Of a DNA stretch of 64,000 bases, positions 36,786 through 50,490 are shown in pieces. The translations under genes were made by a program, and so were the position numbers. Where the stretch lies: NCBI GenBank assembly GCA_964035575.1, contig OZ037844.1, positions 1,054,001 through 1,118,000 on the forward strand, in the 5' to 3' direction. The notes under the pieces are model-generated. The model made no database searches and had not been told where the DNA came from. It worked only from the letters and a program-made list of their open reading frames with translations. The stretch is from Rhynchopus sp. YZ270_cl-10 (Eukaryota). Position 1 is the stretch's first letter; every line of letters begins with the position of its first letter.

Positions 36786-37352
36786 GGTTTTGAACTTCTC
36801 GTTAATGTGTGTTGTGATTTTCCTTTTTATGCGTGGGTTGTGAGGTGGGGAGGAGGGACACAAAGGAGACAAAGGAGGTGTCTGAAGACGTCACTTTCAG
36901 GCTGTCCTTCTTTTCTGCGTGTGGGCATCACTGACATATCTCAGATTCGAAGGAGGGTGTAGGTGATCATGTATTTCGTGTGGAAAATGTAGCACTTTTT
37001 TGTCGTGATCTTGGCTAAAGAAAGACTGCAAGGCTCTTCAGTGCGAGAGAAGAAGTGTGGCGTGCTTCTTGCAACTTGCATCACATCCGACCAGCCATTG
37101 CAGATGAAGGCAGACACAGCGAGGTCGACGTTCTTTTGCCACTCATCACAACTGAAAGGGGCACAACGCTTCAACTCGCCGCTCACAGTAGCAAGAACAA
37201 CTGGCAGACTGCCTTCTCACCCTCCACACGAAGCCGACCTTCCAAACTGATTGAAAGTGGCCCTTGTTGTTGCACTTCGTGACAGGGAGGAGTATTGAAG
37301 TGAGATTGCAAAACAAATGAATTTTTTTTTTCTTTTTCGTCTGCATTGTGAG

Positions 37353-37911
37353 CAGGGGACATTGGTAGTTTGAGATTTTGAAAAAAAAGCCGGTGTGAGC
37401 CAAAAAAGCCGGTGTGAGGCAATTTTTTTTTCCCCACGCATTTTTGGCAGAGACCTCCACAACTCTTTCCCCTCCGCGCCCTTGTCTAACCATATGGCAT
37501 CAAAACTTTTCTGGCGAAGCCACGGTACGCAACATTTCAAAAATTGTGACATAAAATCGCACGCTTTTATAGCCAAACTATGGTAAAGGTAGCTGTGACT
37601 ATGGCCTAGGGTAGAGCTGTGGGCTACCGCTCGTCATTTTTAGCTGCGCCGCAGGCGCACGGTACGCTACTTTTTTATGAGAGTTGCAAACATCTATTTC
37701 TTTTGATTGAACGGACCGATTGGTCTTTGTGGTGGGGTCACATGCACATAAGAAACCGCTACAGATGTGGTTGTAGCCTTGTATGAGGAGATAAAATTCA
37801 GAAAAAAATTCAAAAATCTGCCTTTTTCTTTTCTTTTTTTTTTTTCTCAAAATCCCACACCGGCTTAGCCGGTGTGGCCACACCGGCACACCGGCATACT
37901 AATGTCCCCTG
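37353..37911. mobile_element. hAT-type MITE
   Basis: TIR caggggacatt.gta; 8-bp TSD attgtgag; empty paralogous site at ~17993-18013. Confidence 0.9.
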
Positions 37912-38400
37912 ATTGTGAGTCAAAGACACAAGTCTTTTCTGTTTTCTTTTTTTCCCATTTTTTTTTCTGAAACCTCGGGGAGCACGCGACTGCAACCCAA
38001 AGATCAGGACACGTTGCACTGTCACACATCTAAATGTAAGACTGAATCGAAGTTTCCTACTTCCTGTTACCGGTCCGTAGCAAGCCTCGGTTTTGCGCTC
38101 TGTTGACAATCACCAACCGAAAGCTGCCTATGTGTAAAGTCGCCCGAAGGCGTATGTACTGAAAAGATAGACGCAGATCGCCCTGAGCTCAATAAAGCTG
38201 GAGGAGGGGGTAATAACACCGATCAAAGACAGGAAGAAGGGGGGATGAAGAGGAAGGCAAAAATATTTTTTTTCTCCGTCAATTTTGTTGTGTTGACAAA
38301 AAAACACCCCATTTTACCTCACTTTCTAGGGGGGGGGGAAAAAAACATATTTTTGTAGACGGGCAAACACCTCTTACAGATGCAGGCACTAGAAATTTAA

Positions 38401-41011
38401 CCCTATACCTCCCAAGCCGTTTTTTCAAGCCACTTTTGAGTTTTTGTTTTTGGGGCTCTCCAACCGGTAAGGGGACCCCAGATGCAAATTTTTGATCGTA
38501 CCTGGCCGCAATTGAAAGATTTTGAACACGGCTTTCAATTCCATTTTTTTAAGTTTTTTTTCGAAAAAAAATGTTATCCCCGAAATGAGGTAAGCATAAA
38601 ATCCACTTTTTGGTTTTTGACTAATTCGGCCGGCCGAGGAAAACCCCGTAAATTATTGTTGTCCGAAAATGGCGTTATTTGAAAGATTGATCACAAAATC
38701 TTTTCAAAGAAAAAAAAATCGAGCAAAAAGTCCTAGTAGAACCCAACTTATATGAGTGCAGCTCTGTTAGCAGTCATGTCTAAAACTGGTTTCCTTAACG
38801 ATTTACACTGAAACATGTCTAAAAACGTAAAAAATGGGCGATTTTTCACAATTTGGGCATCTCCTGAGGTCGAAAGCCCCCAGAATGGGTCGGAACGACC
38901 CTGTGACCCGAAAATCCATGAAAAAAGCACCCCGAAATACGAAAAAACAGTGAAAATTCGGCTTACTGTGTGCTCTGCATAGGTCGTGTGTGTGGTAAAG
39001 GGGGGGTGGACCTATTATCCGGGTAGACCTATTATCCCTAGGATAATAGGTCCCCCTGTTTTGGAGTTAAATTTTAACTTTTTAACTTTTGGGATGGTAA
39101 AAAAAATTTTATTAAAAATTTGGGGTGGGATTCTGGCGTTCGGCCAGTTTGCGTGCTCGCTTTCATGCCGGTTTTGCCAGCGCAGGCTGCAGCAAGGCCA
39201 TCTTCCTTCCTGGCGTTGCAGCTGGGGCAGAGGGTCTGAGGATGATGGTGGGGCTGGTTGGGCAGGTTGGGCTGCTTGTACTTCTGCTGCTGGGGCATCT
39301 ATCTCCATCACCTCAGAGTCCACAGGGCTGTCTGGCTGCTCCACCTCCAAGACCTCTTCCTTCACCTGCAGCAGCTCCTCCTTCACCTCCCCTTTGCGCA
39401 CCTTTGCCTTGTGCGTTGAACATCGCGTCCAGGCGCTTTTTTCCCTTAGGGAGGGCTTTTGGTGGCTTTGCTGCCAAAAGCTCGCATCGTCGTCCTCAGT
39501 CTCGTCGTCTTCAATCACCATCACGGCCTCCCTGTGAGCTTCCAGAGGTTCCGCAACACGTTAGCTAGCGCCGCAGGCGCACGGTACGCTACTTTTTCTT
39601 TCTCCATGCTGCATTCCCCCATTCCGGTTAAATTGAAGAAAATTGTCCCCTACGAGTAGAATTCTGTGGGGGGTAGGTGAGAGGCGGGTCGGAGCCCCCG
39701 CCCCTCACCTACCCCCACCCCAGCCCCAATCCAAAACCCAAATTACCTCCGTATGGACACGTATGGATTCTACCTTTTCAAAAATAATTCACGTATGGAT
39801 TTGCATACGTTCCACACGTGGAGCGTATCTCTGGTTTACAGGATTGTGCATGTTTAAGGGTAAAAAGGGGGGGAAAGAATGACCGGGATAGCAGCGGGAT
39901 AACAGCGGGATAGCAGCGGGATAATAACAATTTTTAATCGACTTAAAATTTGGTCTGAAAGCGAAAATCTGAAATTTTAGGGTGGATAATAGGTCCACCG
40001 TCCCTTTATGTTTTTGTGGTTTTGGTGGCAACTCGCCCCAGCATCCAAATGGCAAACAGATGCACAAAGGTTTTCGATTTTTGCTTATTTTAAAAGATTT
40101 GAGTCAAATAGTTTCCCCATAAACCAAAGGATTTTTACGAAAACAAGCAGAACCATTATCAGATCATGATGACCCTTAGCCATAACCATGTCCTTCGGGT
40201 CGAAAGGGTGCCTCTTGGGTGGGTAGCAGTAGACAGATCCAAAGTGCAATCAGATGCGTAAAAGTTTTCGATTCTTGTTTCTTTTGAAAGATTCGTGTCA
40301 AAATCTTTGAAATATATAAAAATATTTTAACGAAAACGAGTAGAACCTCATACAGAGCATGGGGTGTCATTGAGGAACCAGAATAGGGGATGCCCGTCCA
40401 AAGGGCCGTGAAAAGTGGTACTACTCCCCCCAGCATCGAAAGTAATATCAGATGCACAAAAGTTTTCGATTTTTGCTTCTTTTGAAAGATCGGTGCAAAT
40501 TCTTTCAACATAAAAAAAGTGTTTTTACGAAAATGAGTAGAACCTATGTCAGAGCACGTTGTCTTACAGATTTTAGAATATGGGGGGGTCACAGGGGTGT
40601 TCACACCCCCACCCCGCCTCCCCCCAGCATCGAAAGTATTATCAGATGCATAAAAGTTTTCGATTCTTGCTTCTTTTGAAAGATCGGCGAAAAATCTTTC
40701 GAAATATATAAAAATATGTGTTCACGAAAATGGGTAGAACCCGACTGAGCGCTTGGAAGCATTGGGTATCGCGAAAGGTACATATTTGGGGTGTGGGGGG
40801 AAAAACGTCACTTTTGGTGAAAGTGGCACCCCAGCCCCCAGCACCGAAAGTAATATCAGATGCACAAAAGTGTTCGACTCTTGCTTCTTTTGAAAGATCG
40901 GTGCAAATTCTTTCCACATAAAAAAAATGTTTTTACGAAAATGAGTTGAACCTGTCTAATAGCATGGCGTCATTTCGAAAGCCATTAAAGTGGCTCTTGG
41001 GGTGTATAGGG
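38401..41011. mobile_element. piggyBac-like non-autonomous element
   Basis: TTAA|ccctatacctcccaag ... cttggggtgtataggg|TTAA; about five ~200-bp internal tandem repeats at 40040-40945. Confidence 0.78.
38998..40006. mobile_element. 1-kb TA-TSD TIR element, copy 1
   Basis: TIR aagggggggtggacctattatcc / ggataataggtccaccgtccctt; near-identical copy at 60410-61419; right-end fragment at 42069-42318. Confidence 0.92.
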
Positions 41012-42946
41012 TTAAAGAAAAAAAATGTATTTGATGACCTGTTCACACTGCATAGGTGAGGAGGTATAGCAGGAGGGGGGGGGGCAGGGTGCGGGAAGAG
41101 GGAGAACAATAAAAGGTATTTCTGAATTTTGAACAGATGCATTCAATAAATTGATAGCATAGGGTATTGGAAAAATAAAGGGAGAAAAAAGGGGAGATGG
41201 ATGAACATGCCTCACGTGCATACACATCTTGAGATTAAAGTATATTGGATGAACCAGGGCCTCACAGTACTTCGCCTTTAGATGGAGTGATCAAGGGGTA
41301 TTTTTCTGGAGCAAAATTCGCACTCCATTAGGATCAAACATTGTAAGATAAAAATTCCGCATATCCACCTGAATTTACCTGAATTTTGGTGATATTAAAT
41401 TTTGGTAGTGTTCAAATAATACCAAACTCCACAAAACGCTACTAACCTCTTCCAAAGCAATCCACTTCGGTGAAGCAAATGACTTAACCTTCGTGATTTT
41501 ACTTTTTTTGTCATTTTCACCGTTGGTTTACAACCACCAAATTTCAGGCAATTAGGTAAATAAAGCGCACACACTATCTGACAATACAGCGGGCGTTTGG
41601 TTCACATCGGTCGAGAAGAAAAAAAAAAAGAGAAAAAATGACAGCCACTTCTACAGACAAAAAAAAAAAAATATAAAATAAAAACGTTTCACGCACACAC
41701 ATTTTCTTGGAGGGGAACGTTTCTACGAGGGGGAAAAATTTTGTTCTAAGTATTTTCATCATATGCAATCAATAAATTGATAGTATATGGTGAGGGATCA
41801 ACAAAAATGGTCCCATCTTTCTTTTTATGTTGTGTGTTTTGCAAAACGTAGAAAAGAAAAGTAAAATGCTTCGTGCACAAGTTGAAACTTCAGTAGATTG
41901 GTTTCTGATATTAACCCTGTTTCAGTCCTAAGAATCATACAGTTGTATTCAAAAGGGTGGACATCTTCAGTGATTTCCCTTTAAATGGTGGGTGAATATC
42001 GTGAAACCGATGTTCGTGTGAACATTTGGTACCTTCTACTTCAGTTTTTTGTTTCGGGAATACACAAAACACGTATGGATTCTACCTTTTCAAAAATAAT
42101 TCACGTATGGATTTCCATACGTTCCACACGTGGAGCGTATCTCTGGTTTACAGGATTGTGCATGTTTAAGGGTAAAAAGGGGGGGAAAGAGTGACCGGGA
42201 TAGCAGCGGGATAACAGCGGGATAGCAGCGGGATAATAACAATTTTTAATCGACTTAAAATTTGGTCTGAAAGCGAAAATCTGAAATTTTAGGGTGGATA
42301 ATAGGTCCACCGTCCCTTTAGCTGCCATTCAGACAGTCTTCACTTTTTATTTTTTGTGAACATACATCAGTGTCTTATCCAGGAGTCCAGATTTCAAGAT
42401 TGGGGGTGTTTTCCCCAAAAAAACATTTTTTAGCACTGCTGACCAGGGACAGAAATGGAGAACATAGGGAACCCTTTTTTGCGGAGCAAAAAATGAAAAA
42501 AAAAAATGGCCCCCCTCAGCAGGATTTTCGCTATCAGGGTATCGGGGTACCGTCGGTACCCCTAAGGAAAAAAGGGGGGAAACTCGATTTTTAGGGGTAC
42601 TGACGGTACCTCTAAGCCTTTTACGGCCAAACCACTGTTGGTAAAAAAAAAAAAATCGCCCTAAAGGGGATAACCTATCCCCCAACCCCCCTAAAAAAGA
42701 CGCTGAGATGCATGTTTTTAAGCTTTTGTCGCGCGGTACATCAGTACCATAAGTTCATGTGTAGGTCCTAACCGTATAACTCACCAAGTTGTTGCTAATG
42801 TACATAATGCAGACCTCTGCAAAAAAGAGACTACTGATCAAGATGCCTTCACAAATCTCTCCTACACTTTGATCACCTTTGGGAAAATAGAATCTGAGTT
42901 GAGGTTATGACACGTGAAGAAAAAGGAAACAATGAGAAGAAAAAAA

Positions 42947-43077
42947 TGGTGTGGCTGACGACCCCAAAATAGCAGAAAGTAGCACAAAATAGCACCTCCC
43001 TTCAGCCGCGCCAAAAAATCCAGATGCCCAGAATAGCAGAAAATAGCAGAAAATAGCACCCCCTTTCAGCCACACCA
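42947..43077. mobile_element. Small TG...CA MITE
   Basis: TIR tggtgtggctga / tcagccacacca; aaaaa on both flanks; same termini as 60276-61531. Confidence 0.7.
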
Positions 43078-43120
43078 AAAAAAGAAAACATTTTTTTTTT
43101 TTTTTTTCGTGTATCGCTCT

Positions 43121-43733
43121 CAGGGATTTATATACGATTTTTTTCCTTACCAAAAGTGCAAAAAAAGTGAGGTTGCTATTCCTGAGGGGGCTGCAGGCAC
43201 GGAGGGACTTTTTTGAAGAAATGGACTTCAGATTGAAGTATCATCTTGTACTAGCCCAGGGGGCTTCACTGGCTAGGGCTCCAGCAGGTCCCACATGCAC
43301 TATGCCTGACTCCAGCACGCAAGGTAGCATTCACAGCACCTTTCACCCCTTCAGGAGGAGTGCATAAAAGGGCACCCGGATGCAATTTTTCACCCATATC
43401 AGGACTCATGACTCAATTTTTTTTGCGAAGCAAAAAAAAATAATATAATATGGCGCCGCAGGCGAAAAAAATTGGGGTACGGTGTAAAAATCTAGCCTTT
43501 TACACCACAGAGTCACTCAACGAACCCTTTTTTGCGGAGCAAAAAAGGAAAAATGGCGCCGCAGGCAAAAAAAAATTTGGGTACAGCCTGTATGGTACGG
43601 GATTTCATGGTGCGGTCAGCAACCCAGTTCCCCAAAAAATGCAAAAAACTTTTTTTCCAAATCTGCAATTTTTTTTTTTTTTTTTTCAAAACTGAGGTTC
43701 AGCCTCAGTTCTACTATGGTATATAAATCTCTG
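43121..43733. mobile_element. hAT-type MITE
   Basis: TIR cagggatttatatac / gtatataaatctctg; 8-bp TSD atcgctct. Confidence 0.88.
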
Positions 43734-44023
43734 ATCGCTCTGCAAAATTTGTGTTTTTTTCGCTGTATGAGTGACTGATAACCAACAGGGGTGGGGTAAT
43801 TTTGCGTATAATATAACCCCAGATGAGTCATGATAAAAACAAATACATAAAAGAGAAGCTAAAAGCGTCAAATGCCTCGCCATTTCATCGGGTTGCAGGC
43901 ACTAAAATAAACAATTTGAAACGCACCTTCCGTCAATTCTATTTTTCTCTTTTCAATTAGAATAAAGCTAGATGGAATTCAGCACACTCTGGGATATTAT
44001 TTTTTTTTTTGCATTTTTATGTT

Positions 44024-45121
44024 CTAAACCACAATGGCAACTAACGCCATGAGGGTGAACCCTGTAAAGCAGACTGCAAGCTTTTTGCCGATGTCCCCTC
44101 CTGAGAGCTCTTCGGGGATGAATTCTAAAAGGCTGATGTAGAGGAAAGTTCCTGAACCGAGAGCTTGGCAGACGGCAGCAAAGAGGTTGACATAGTCCAT
44201 CGCGAGGTAGTCAGCGATGAGGAAACCCATTAACGCACCGAATGGAGTCATGCCAGAGAAGATGGCCGCATACCATATGTGGTTCGCCCGCGCAATATCC
44301 GCCTTCAGCAACGAAATGCCCAGACTCACAGCCGCAAGAAACTTATGACTCAAAATCGCCACCGCCAGCACAAAAATCGACTTCTGGTTTTGCGCGCTCC
44401 CCAACGCTAACCCTTCAATTACACTATGAAAAGACAGCACCGACAACACCGTCAACGCCACCCACAATCCAGTTGGCTTTTCCATAAAACTCACGGAAAG
44501 TTTTGACATAGGGTTGGGATGACATTCGGTGTCGCAAATGTTATTATGTTCACATGGCTTTGGGGAAGATGTGGACATATGCTGAGACAGCGAGACACCA
44601 CTTTGCAGTCCCTGCCTGAAGATCTTTGAGGAGTACTTCAAATGGTGGTGATGGTTGGTTTCACGGCAGTTTTCTTTGTTGTCTGTTGCGCCATATCCGA
44701 TTTCGGGGATAGGATCTTTGCAGTATGTACCAGAGGCTGCGAGACAAGGAGTTTCTTCGTCATCAGAGTAGTCAGCATAGGCAGGGCGGGAGGCACGCTT
44801 GAGCGTCGCAATGACAGCTTCGTGTTGTCCGTTGAAGAGGCGTTCTACTGCAAGAACGAGAAAGAGTCCTACAATACAGAGTGTATTGGCCATCGGGTAT
44901 TCCATCACCGCACCAAGTGTTTCTTGTGCCTCCGGAAGCAAATGGCACATTGCAACCGAAAGAATCACCCCAGCAGAAAACAACGTCGCATAAGACAGCA
45001 AACCCTGGCTCGACTGAAACCGCAGCGGCAAAATCACCCCAGAAAACCCTAGAACCAGCACCAGGGTGATGATGACTTCTTTGAAGCGGAGCTGGTGGGA
45101 GGCTTCTGCTGCCGATATCAT
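44024..45121 (-). CDS. ZIP (SLC39/ZRT-IRT) zinc/iron transporter
   Basis: SAGVILSVAMCHLLPEA, His-rich loop HHHH, FHSVIEGLALG, ILSHK, GTFLYISLLE; about 8 TM helices; likely ATG at 45121. Confidence 0.93.
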   Translation of the reverse strand: MISAAEASHQLRFKEVIITLVLVLGFSGVILPLRFQSSQGLLSYATLFSAGVILSVAMCHLLPEAQETLGAVMEYPMANTLCIVGLFLVLAVERLFNGQHEAVIATLKRASRPAYADYSDDEETPCLAASGTYCKDPIPEIGYGATDNKENCRETNHHHHLKYSSKIFRQGLQSGVSLSQHMSTSSPKPCEHNNICDTECHPNPMSKLSVSFMEKPTGLWVALTVLSVLSFHSVIEGLALGSAQNQKSIFVLAVAILSHKFLAAVSLGISLLKADIARANHIWYAAIFSGMTPFGALMGFLIADYLAMDYVNLFAAVCQALGSGTFLYISLLEFIPEELSGGDIGKKLAVCFTGFTLMALVAIVV

Positions 45122-46483
45122 TTTCCCTTTTTTTCTATTTCTGTTGTAAATTAGGGTGACGATGAGAGGGGAGAGGAGAGAGGATGCTACATCGTGTATT
45201 TGCACTTATTTTTGGTGAAATAAATAATAGGAAGATATGACGTGAGTCTGGCCCATTTTTCACTTTTTTACCACCGATTTTAAACTGATCACCATCGATC
45301 ACCATCGATTACTACCTACCGAGCTCAGCGCCAATCAGCCTATATAATTTGAAATACAATCTCTCATGTCTTTAACAGTGCTTCGTGCTCTGTTTATTTT
45401 TGATTAGCGGTCTCAATCTGAATTCATATTCAGAGAGGAGGAATAGTTTGTCTTTGCAGCTAATTGGCATCTTAGTGGGGGCATTGAGGGAGCTTACAAA
45501 CAAAAGGGGGGGAGGGCGGGTAGGAGTAGGGTAATACCCATCAACTGTGTTATCAGAAATTTTATTTCTCTTTTTTTTTTTTTTTTGTAGCCTGTATTTA
45601 TTTTTTTGTTTTTAATTATGTGTTACGATTCATCCTTATTTTTTTTTTGTTTTTTTTGTTTATTTTTAAAAAATTGTTGTTGTGTGTTCTTTTTTTTAAA
45701 AACGCCGATAAGGTAGGGTAGGAAGGGGGGGAACGGTTTTGTACTACATTTTCGGCCGAAAATGTGGTACAAAAACCCCCCCACAATCAACAACTAGAAC
45801 AAAAAAAAAAAAAGATCTTGCTTAACTTTAGACTACTTTCAGAGTGGAGAGCAACTACATTTATTTTATTTTATTTTCGCAGGATAGAACAAAAACAAAT
45901 TCATATTCTTACTATTTTAGCAAACAGTAAGCATTTAAGAGCAACATCTCCTCCCCTCCTTTTTTTAGAACACAAAAAATAATCACAAAATGTTCGTGAG
46001 AACCTAACCCTCACATTTTGCTTAGTGAACAGCATCACCCTTGGGAGGGGGGTACATGGTCACCGTGTATGAAAACGTTCCCTCCCCCCTTCACCTCCCT
46101 TTATCTTTCCCCCTTTTTTTTTCCCCATTACCTGAAAGAATGAAGAAACACTCACTCCCCCCCCCAGGATTTTCTCCCCCCCCCACCTTCCCACCGATTC
46201 CTGTTTCAGTCGTTTGCCACAAAAGGTTAGTTATTGGGATCTTATGGAATGTTAGAGTTTAATTTTTTGTTAATGAAGACATGCAAATACTTTCAAATTG
46301 CAGGCACAAGAGGGAAATAAAAAAAGAGGGGTTTAAAAAAAAAAAAAAAAGACATTGAATGTCTCTGGCTAGAAAGTCGTAACATCGAATTTCCCCCTTT
46401 CCCCCCCATCCCCTCCCAATTGAGGAAGACGGAGGAGATTTAAAATACGGAGGCTACAAAAAAAAAAAAGTACACCTTTCTTT

Positions 46484-47181
46484 CAGAGCCCGCGGACCTC
46501 CCCCGAAAATTAATTATGCACCCCCTTCCAACCCCCGTCCCGCCCAAAAAACAAAAAAAAAAAAAACCTCTCCCGAGCTTTCTCCGCTGACAAGCTAGTC
46601 ACAGGAAGAAGAAGATCAAAACTCGGTCGAGCCCGGGCGCGCTTCGCGCGCCCGGGTCCCCACCCCAGCTCAAGTTGGGGGCCTCCGGCGGAATGTGAGA
46701 ATTGCTCGGTTATCCGACGGCGGAGTTCGGCACTTTATTGATATTTGCACCAGGCACACATGGTGCACGAATTATCAGTAACCTCAGTTTTTTTTACAAA
46801 AGAAACGGCGGTATGTCACCCAAAGGTTCCAAGCGAAGCCACGGTACGCAACATTTCAAAAAAAATGCGCTTAAAATTGTACATTTTTACAGGCAAACAA
46901 TGTCACGGGAATGGTGTGATGCAGGCTTGCGCCGCAGGCGCACGGTACTCTACTTTTTTCCTTTCGCCGTGCTGCGTGCTTCCTTTTCCTTCGACGTTTG
47001 ACCAATTGAGTCCGGCTCGATGGTATCTCAAAAAATTCCCCATAATATGGGCCCCTCCTCCCCCCCCAAAAAAAATCCAAAACCCCCGTCCCTGGACGGG
47101 GGTTTGGGACGGGGGTCGGTTTTTGGAAAATAATTGACCCCCGTCCGGGACGGGGTGAACGGGGGTGTTCCGCGGACTCTG
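46484..47181. mobile_element. hAT-type MITE
   Basis: TIR cagag.ccgcgga; 8-bp TSD ctttcttt. Confidence 0.88.
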
Positions 47182-47440
47182 CTTTCTTTGTTTACCTTGC
47201 TTTTTTTGTTTTGTTTTTTTTTGTGTAACGGTTATTGTCGGATACCCCCTTGTACCCCCCCCCCCCCCCCCGCAAGGTCAAAGCCAAGATGCCTTTTTCC
47301 TTCCCCTCCCTAATCCCCTCACTGCGCCTTTCAGATCTATGTTTCTTTTCTGACCTCAAAAAAAGGGGGAGGGGGGTGGGGTGTGGGAGGTCCTAAAAAA
47401 AAGCAAAATGGGGGGGGGGGGGAAAGAAAGTGTCGAAAAA

Positions 47441-49129
47441 CTAGTCAATTCTCGATTTCAGGTCACGGGTGATCGCTTTCCCGTCTGAAGTGAGGACCTG
47501 TGTTGGGAAGAATGTTTTGAGTGATACATTATTTCATAATAATTATACATTCTGTTCTAAAACAAAAAGGCAAAGAGGGTGCGAAATTACTCCATTCGAC
47601 GTTTGGAATAAAGAAAACTAGAGTTGAAAGGGGGCTTGGGGGGAAGAGTTTAATTCTTGAAAACATCCCCACACTCAGTCACACTGCGAAAAATGAAGGA
47701 AAGATGTTTTGAGTGATACATGAAATGTAAAGTGTGAAATGCAACGTGCGACGCCAGGTGAAATCAAAAAAGGGGGGAAAGAGAATACTTGCCGACAAAG
47801 ACAAGGTGTTGATGCAGGCACCTCCGACTGACCCATATACGATACCAGCCATCCAGATGAAAGCATAAGAACAAATTACACTCTCAGAACACACTATCCA
47901 CAAAGAAGCGAGACCGCCAATAGCAATGTATCGCCAAGAGGCAAATGTCTTCAGAACATAAAAATAAGACATGGTGAAAAGCTAAGGTGGAAACGACTAA
48001 GTGATAATGTAATGTACAGCATAGCAAATAAAATAAAACTGCGCGTGAAAATAAAATGCAGAAAGAAGACTAAAAGGGGAGAGTAGCTGTCAAAAGCAAC
48101 GAGCAAACAGCTCGTCACCTTCTCAGTATGCATACCACAACTGTCGCACCCCATCCCGCCAAGCAATCACGGTCCAGTGCACACATCAACGACTGCGGTG
48201 AAGGGGGTTTGAAGGAAAATGCAAATATAAAAAAGGTATCGTAATAAAATGGTAATTGGTTGTTTCTAAATCTTAATTTTAGAAAACTTGGTTGGATATC
48301 AACAGGCTGTTTTCTTGCGTGAAAAACGGGCTCTATTCAGCGTGGTGTTTTCTTATTTGAGCACTATATGCCTTTGCCGTCCACATCTAAACAGTTCACG
48401 CTCCACTAACATACCTGGCTGATGGCTTCGAATAGGTCCTCAGGCTCCATGTCGGGCTTCCAGAAGGACTCGCATGTTCCGAAAAGCATGTCCGTGGCTG
48501 TACCCGATACTATGAAGTCCTTGCTCCTGGAGAGTGCGCCAATAGAGTCCATGCCACCAATGTAGGGCACGTTCTTGTCGTCAATCCCCGCAATCACAGG
48601 CTGCACGAAGTATGGTCCGAAACGGTGTTCGTACATAAGCTGTAGAAAGTGGGTGTGGTGTGTCATGTAAACGTACTCTTTTTATCGTGTCCGGTTGCCC
48701 CAAAGTGATTTGGAACCTGCCTTGTCGGCCGTGAGGGGGTAAAAAAACCATCCCTAATGAACGTAAAAGAATGAGCAAGAAATGAGAAAGCTTTGCTGGA
48801 AATTCCCATAATGTTAATTTCTGTTGTGTAATGTTTCCCCCCGGACATACATTTGCGGTCATGTGTCCCACCGCCTGTGCCGGCATTTCACGCTCTTCGC
48901 GCAGTTTGAACATTTTCATCCGGAATTTGAGTTTTGCCAAAACTGTCTGGTTATCCGTCTCCAGCCCTGCAAGACCGACCAGAGTCTTCGCCCCGAGCTT
49001 ATGGACCTTCACGTTGTTGCGGGAAATTGTGTTGAAGTTCGTTCCCATGCGGTGGTCAGAGGCAATTGCAACGCATCCCTTCCCCGTCATCGCCACGACC
49101 GCACCACCGTTGTACGAGTCGATACCCAT
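47441..49129 (-). CDS. PSMB3: 20S proteasome subunit beta-3, four exons (49129-48851, 48639-48415, 48192-48136, 47497-47441), 205 aa
   Basis: YNGGAVVAMTGKGCVAIASD; RFGPYFVQPVIAG; DLFEAISQ|SLMCALDRDCLAGWGATVV|VLTSDGKAITRDLKSRID*. All introns are GTATG..CAG, phase 0. Confidence 0.95.
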
Positions 49130-49635
49130 TGTTTTACGCCCTTTGTTTGTGTATACCCTAGGAAAGTGTGATGTAATTAAAGTGTGGAAAAACGAGATCC
49201 ATGTTTTGTGGAGGGGATAAATTATGTGTGGTTGCGGGCAGGGCTGTTGTTGGGGGATCCGTAAATAGACCGGCAACGACCAGACACGTAATTAGTGTGT
49301 ATAGCCGGTCTTTAGCCGGTCTTTAGGGTCCGTAAAAAGACCGGCTCTTAAGGATTACCGGCTATAAGGGCCGGTCCTACCCACCCTCGAAAAAGACCGG
49401 CAGACCGGGTGTACAATTGTACACACAAAAAATACCCGATTTTTTGAAAAAAACCAAAGGGGGGACCCTTTGGTCGTCGAAATTCCCCAGCCAAAATTGG
49501 TCGCAAAATCGGCCGATTTTTCGAAAATCTCCAAAAAAAAAAATCTCAATTTTTTTTTCACAAGTGTTTTTGAGGCCTGCTCACTACACCCTAGGTACCC
49601 TTCTGGGACCAAAAAGTCAAAAAAAGCAAGAATTG

Positions 49636-50112
49636 TGGTGCTTCCCGGGGGGTATGCATTTCACAAATTTTCAATTCAATTCACAACTTTTCACAACTAT
49701 TCACAACTTTTCACTACCCTTTTTTCTCTCGTTGGTGAAGCTCTTAAACGCCGGCATTTGCATTTCCGGAATCCGTACGGCCAGTGGTGGGGTCAATTTG
49801 CCGAAATGGACAAGTTCTCGTCATTTCCGCACATCACACAGTACACAGGTACACAGGTACACCACATCACGTTCTATCTTGTGAATCCCAGCGTACCCCT
49901 CAATGGGTGGGTCACCACCCCGCCCAAAAAAAAAGCACACAAAAAAAAAAATCAATTCACAACTTTTCACAACTATTCACAACTTTTCACATTTTTTCAC
50001 AATTTTTCACCAGCCTTCACAATTTTGTAGCGGTTTTCGTGTTGTGAAAATTTGTGAAAACTTGTCACATTTTGTGAAAATTTGTGAAATGCACACCCCC
50101 CGGGAAGCACCA
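49636..50112. mobile_element. TG...CA MITE with a 5-bp TSD
   Basis: TIR tggtgcttcccgggggg / ccccccgggaagcacca; TSD aattg; ttcacaa subterminal repeats; related right end at ~61545-61612. Confidence 0.87.
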
Positions 50113-50199
50113 AATTGAGCTGTTTTGAGCATCTAGTCTAGAGACTAGAGTTTATTCCTCAGCCATTTTCTGTACCACCAGTGCACTTTGTATGGGCCC

Positions 50200-50490
50200 T
50201 TGTCGAAAAATCGAAAAATCTCAAAAAAAAAAAAAAAAAAAATTCGGGAAAATTTCGACCCCTGAGTTGGGTTTTTGGGCACCAAAAAGTGCAAAAAAAC
50301 GCAAAAATCGGGTGTTTTGACGATCTGGGGGTAAACCATATGCATTATGCACCTTATGCATTACTACAGGGGCCCACAATTTCGACATTTCCTTAGCAAA
50401 TTCCGTCACAAATTTTTTTTTTCGATTTTGGCAAAGGCAAATCTCAGGCAAAAAAAAATCACCCCGATAGTGGGTCCTTGGGTGTCCAAA
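50200..50490. repeat. Dispersed repeat similar to 24480-24760
   Basis: gacccctgagt.gggtttttg.gcaccaaaaagtgcaaaaaaacgcaa..tcgggtgttttgacgatctgggg present at both sites. Confidence 0.75.

Noticed and set aside
14256..36962. Many plus-strand ORFs over the ankyrin genes
   Set aside because: Antisense shadows of repetitive coding sequence.
36941..37310. Possible exon upstream of ankyrin copy C
   Set aside because: Coding-like composition, but stops interrupt the frames and there is no recognisable motif.
39015..39524. 169-aa ORF (duplicated at 60427-60936) as a transposase
   Set aside because: Low complexity, no DDE motif, runs into the TIR; at most a cargo remnant.
40040..40945. CRISPR-like repeat-spacer array
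   Set aside because: Units are ~200-bp degenerate tandem repeats inside a TTAA element; no cas genes; eukaryotic context.
42368..42705. Additional hAT-type MITE
   Set aside because: TIR and TSD match only partly (acatacat versus agatgcat); too weak to call.
48097..48135. Frameshift at the PSMB3 C-terminus (TEKVTS-like frame)
   Set aside because: A canonical intron and a final exon at 47497-47441 give the expected 205-aa protein.
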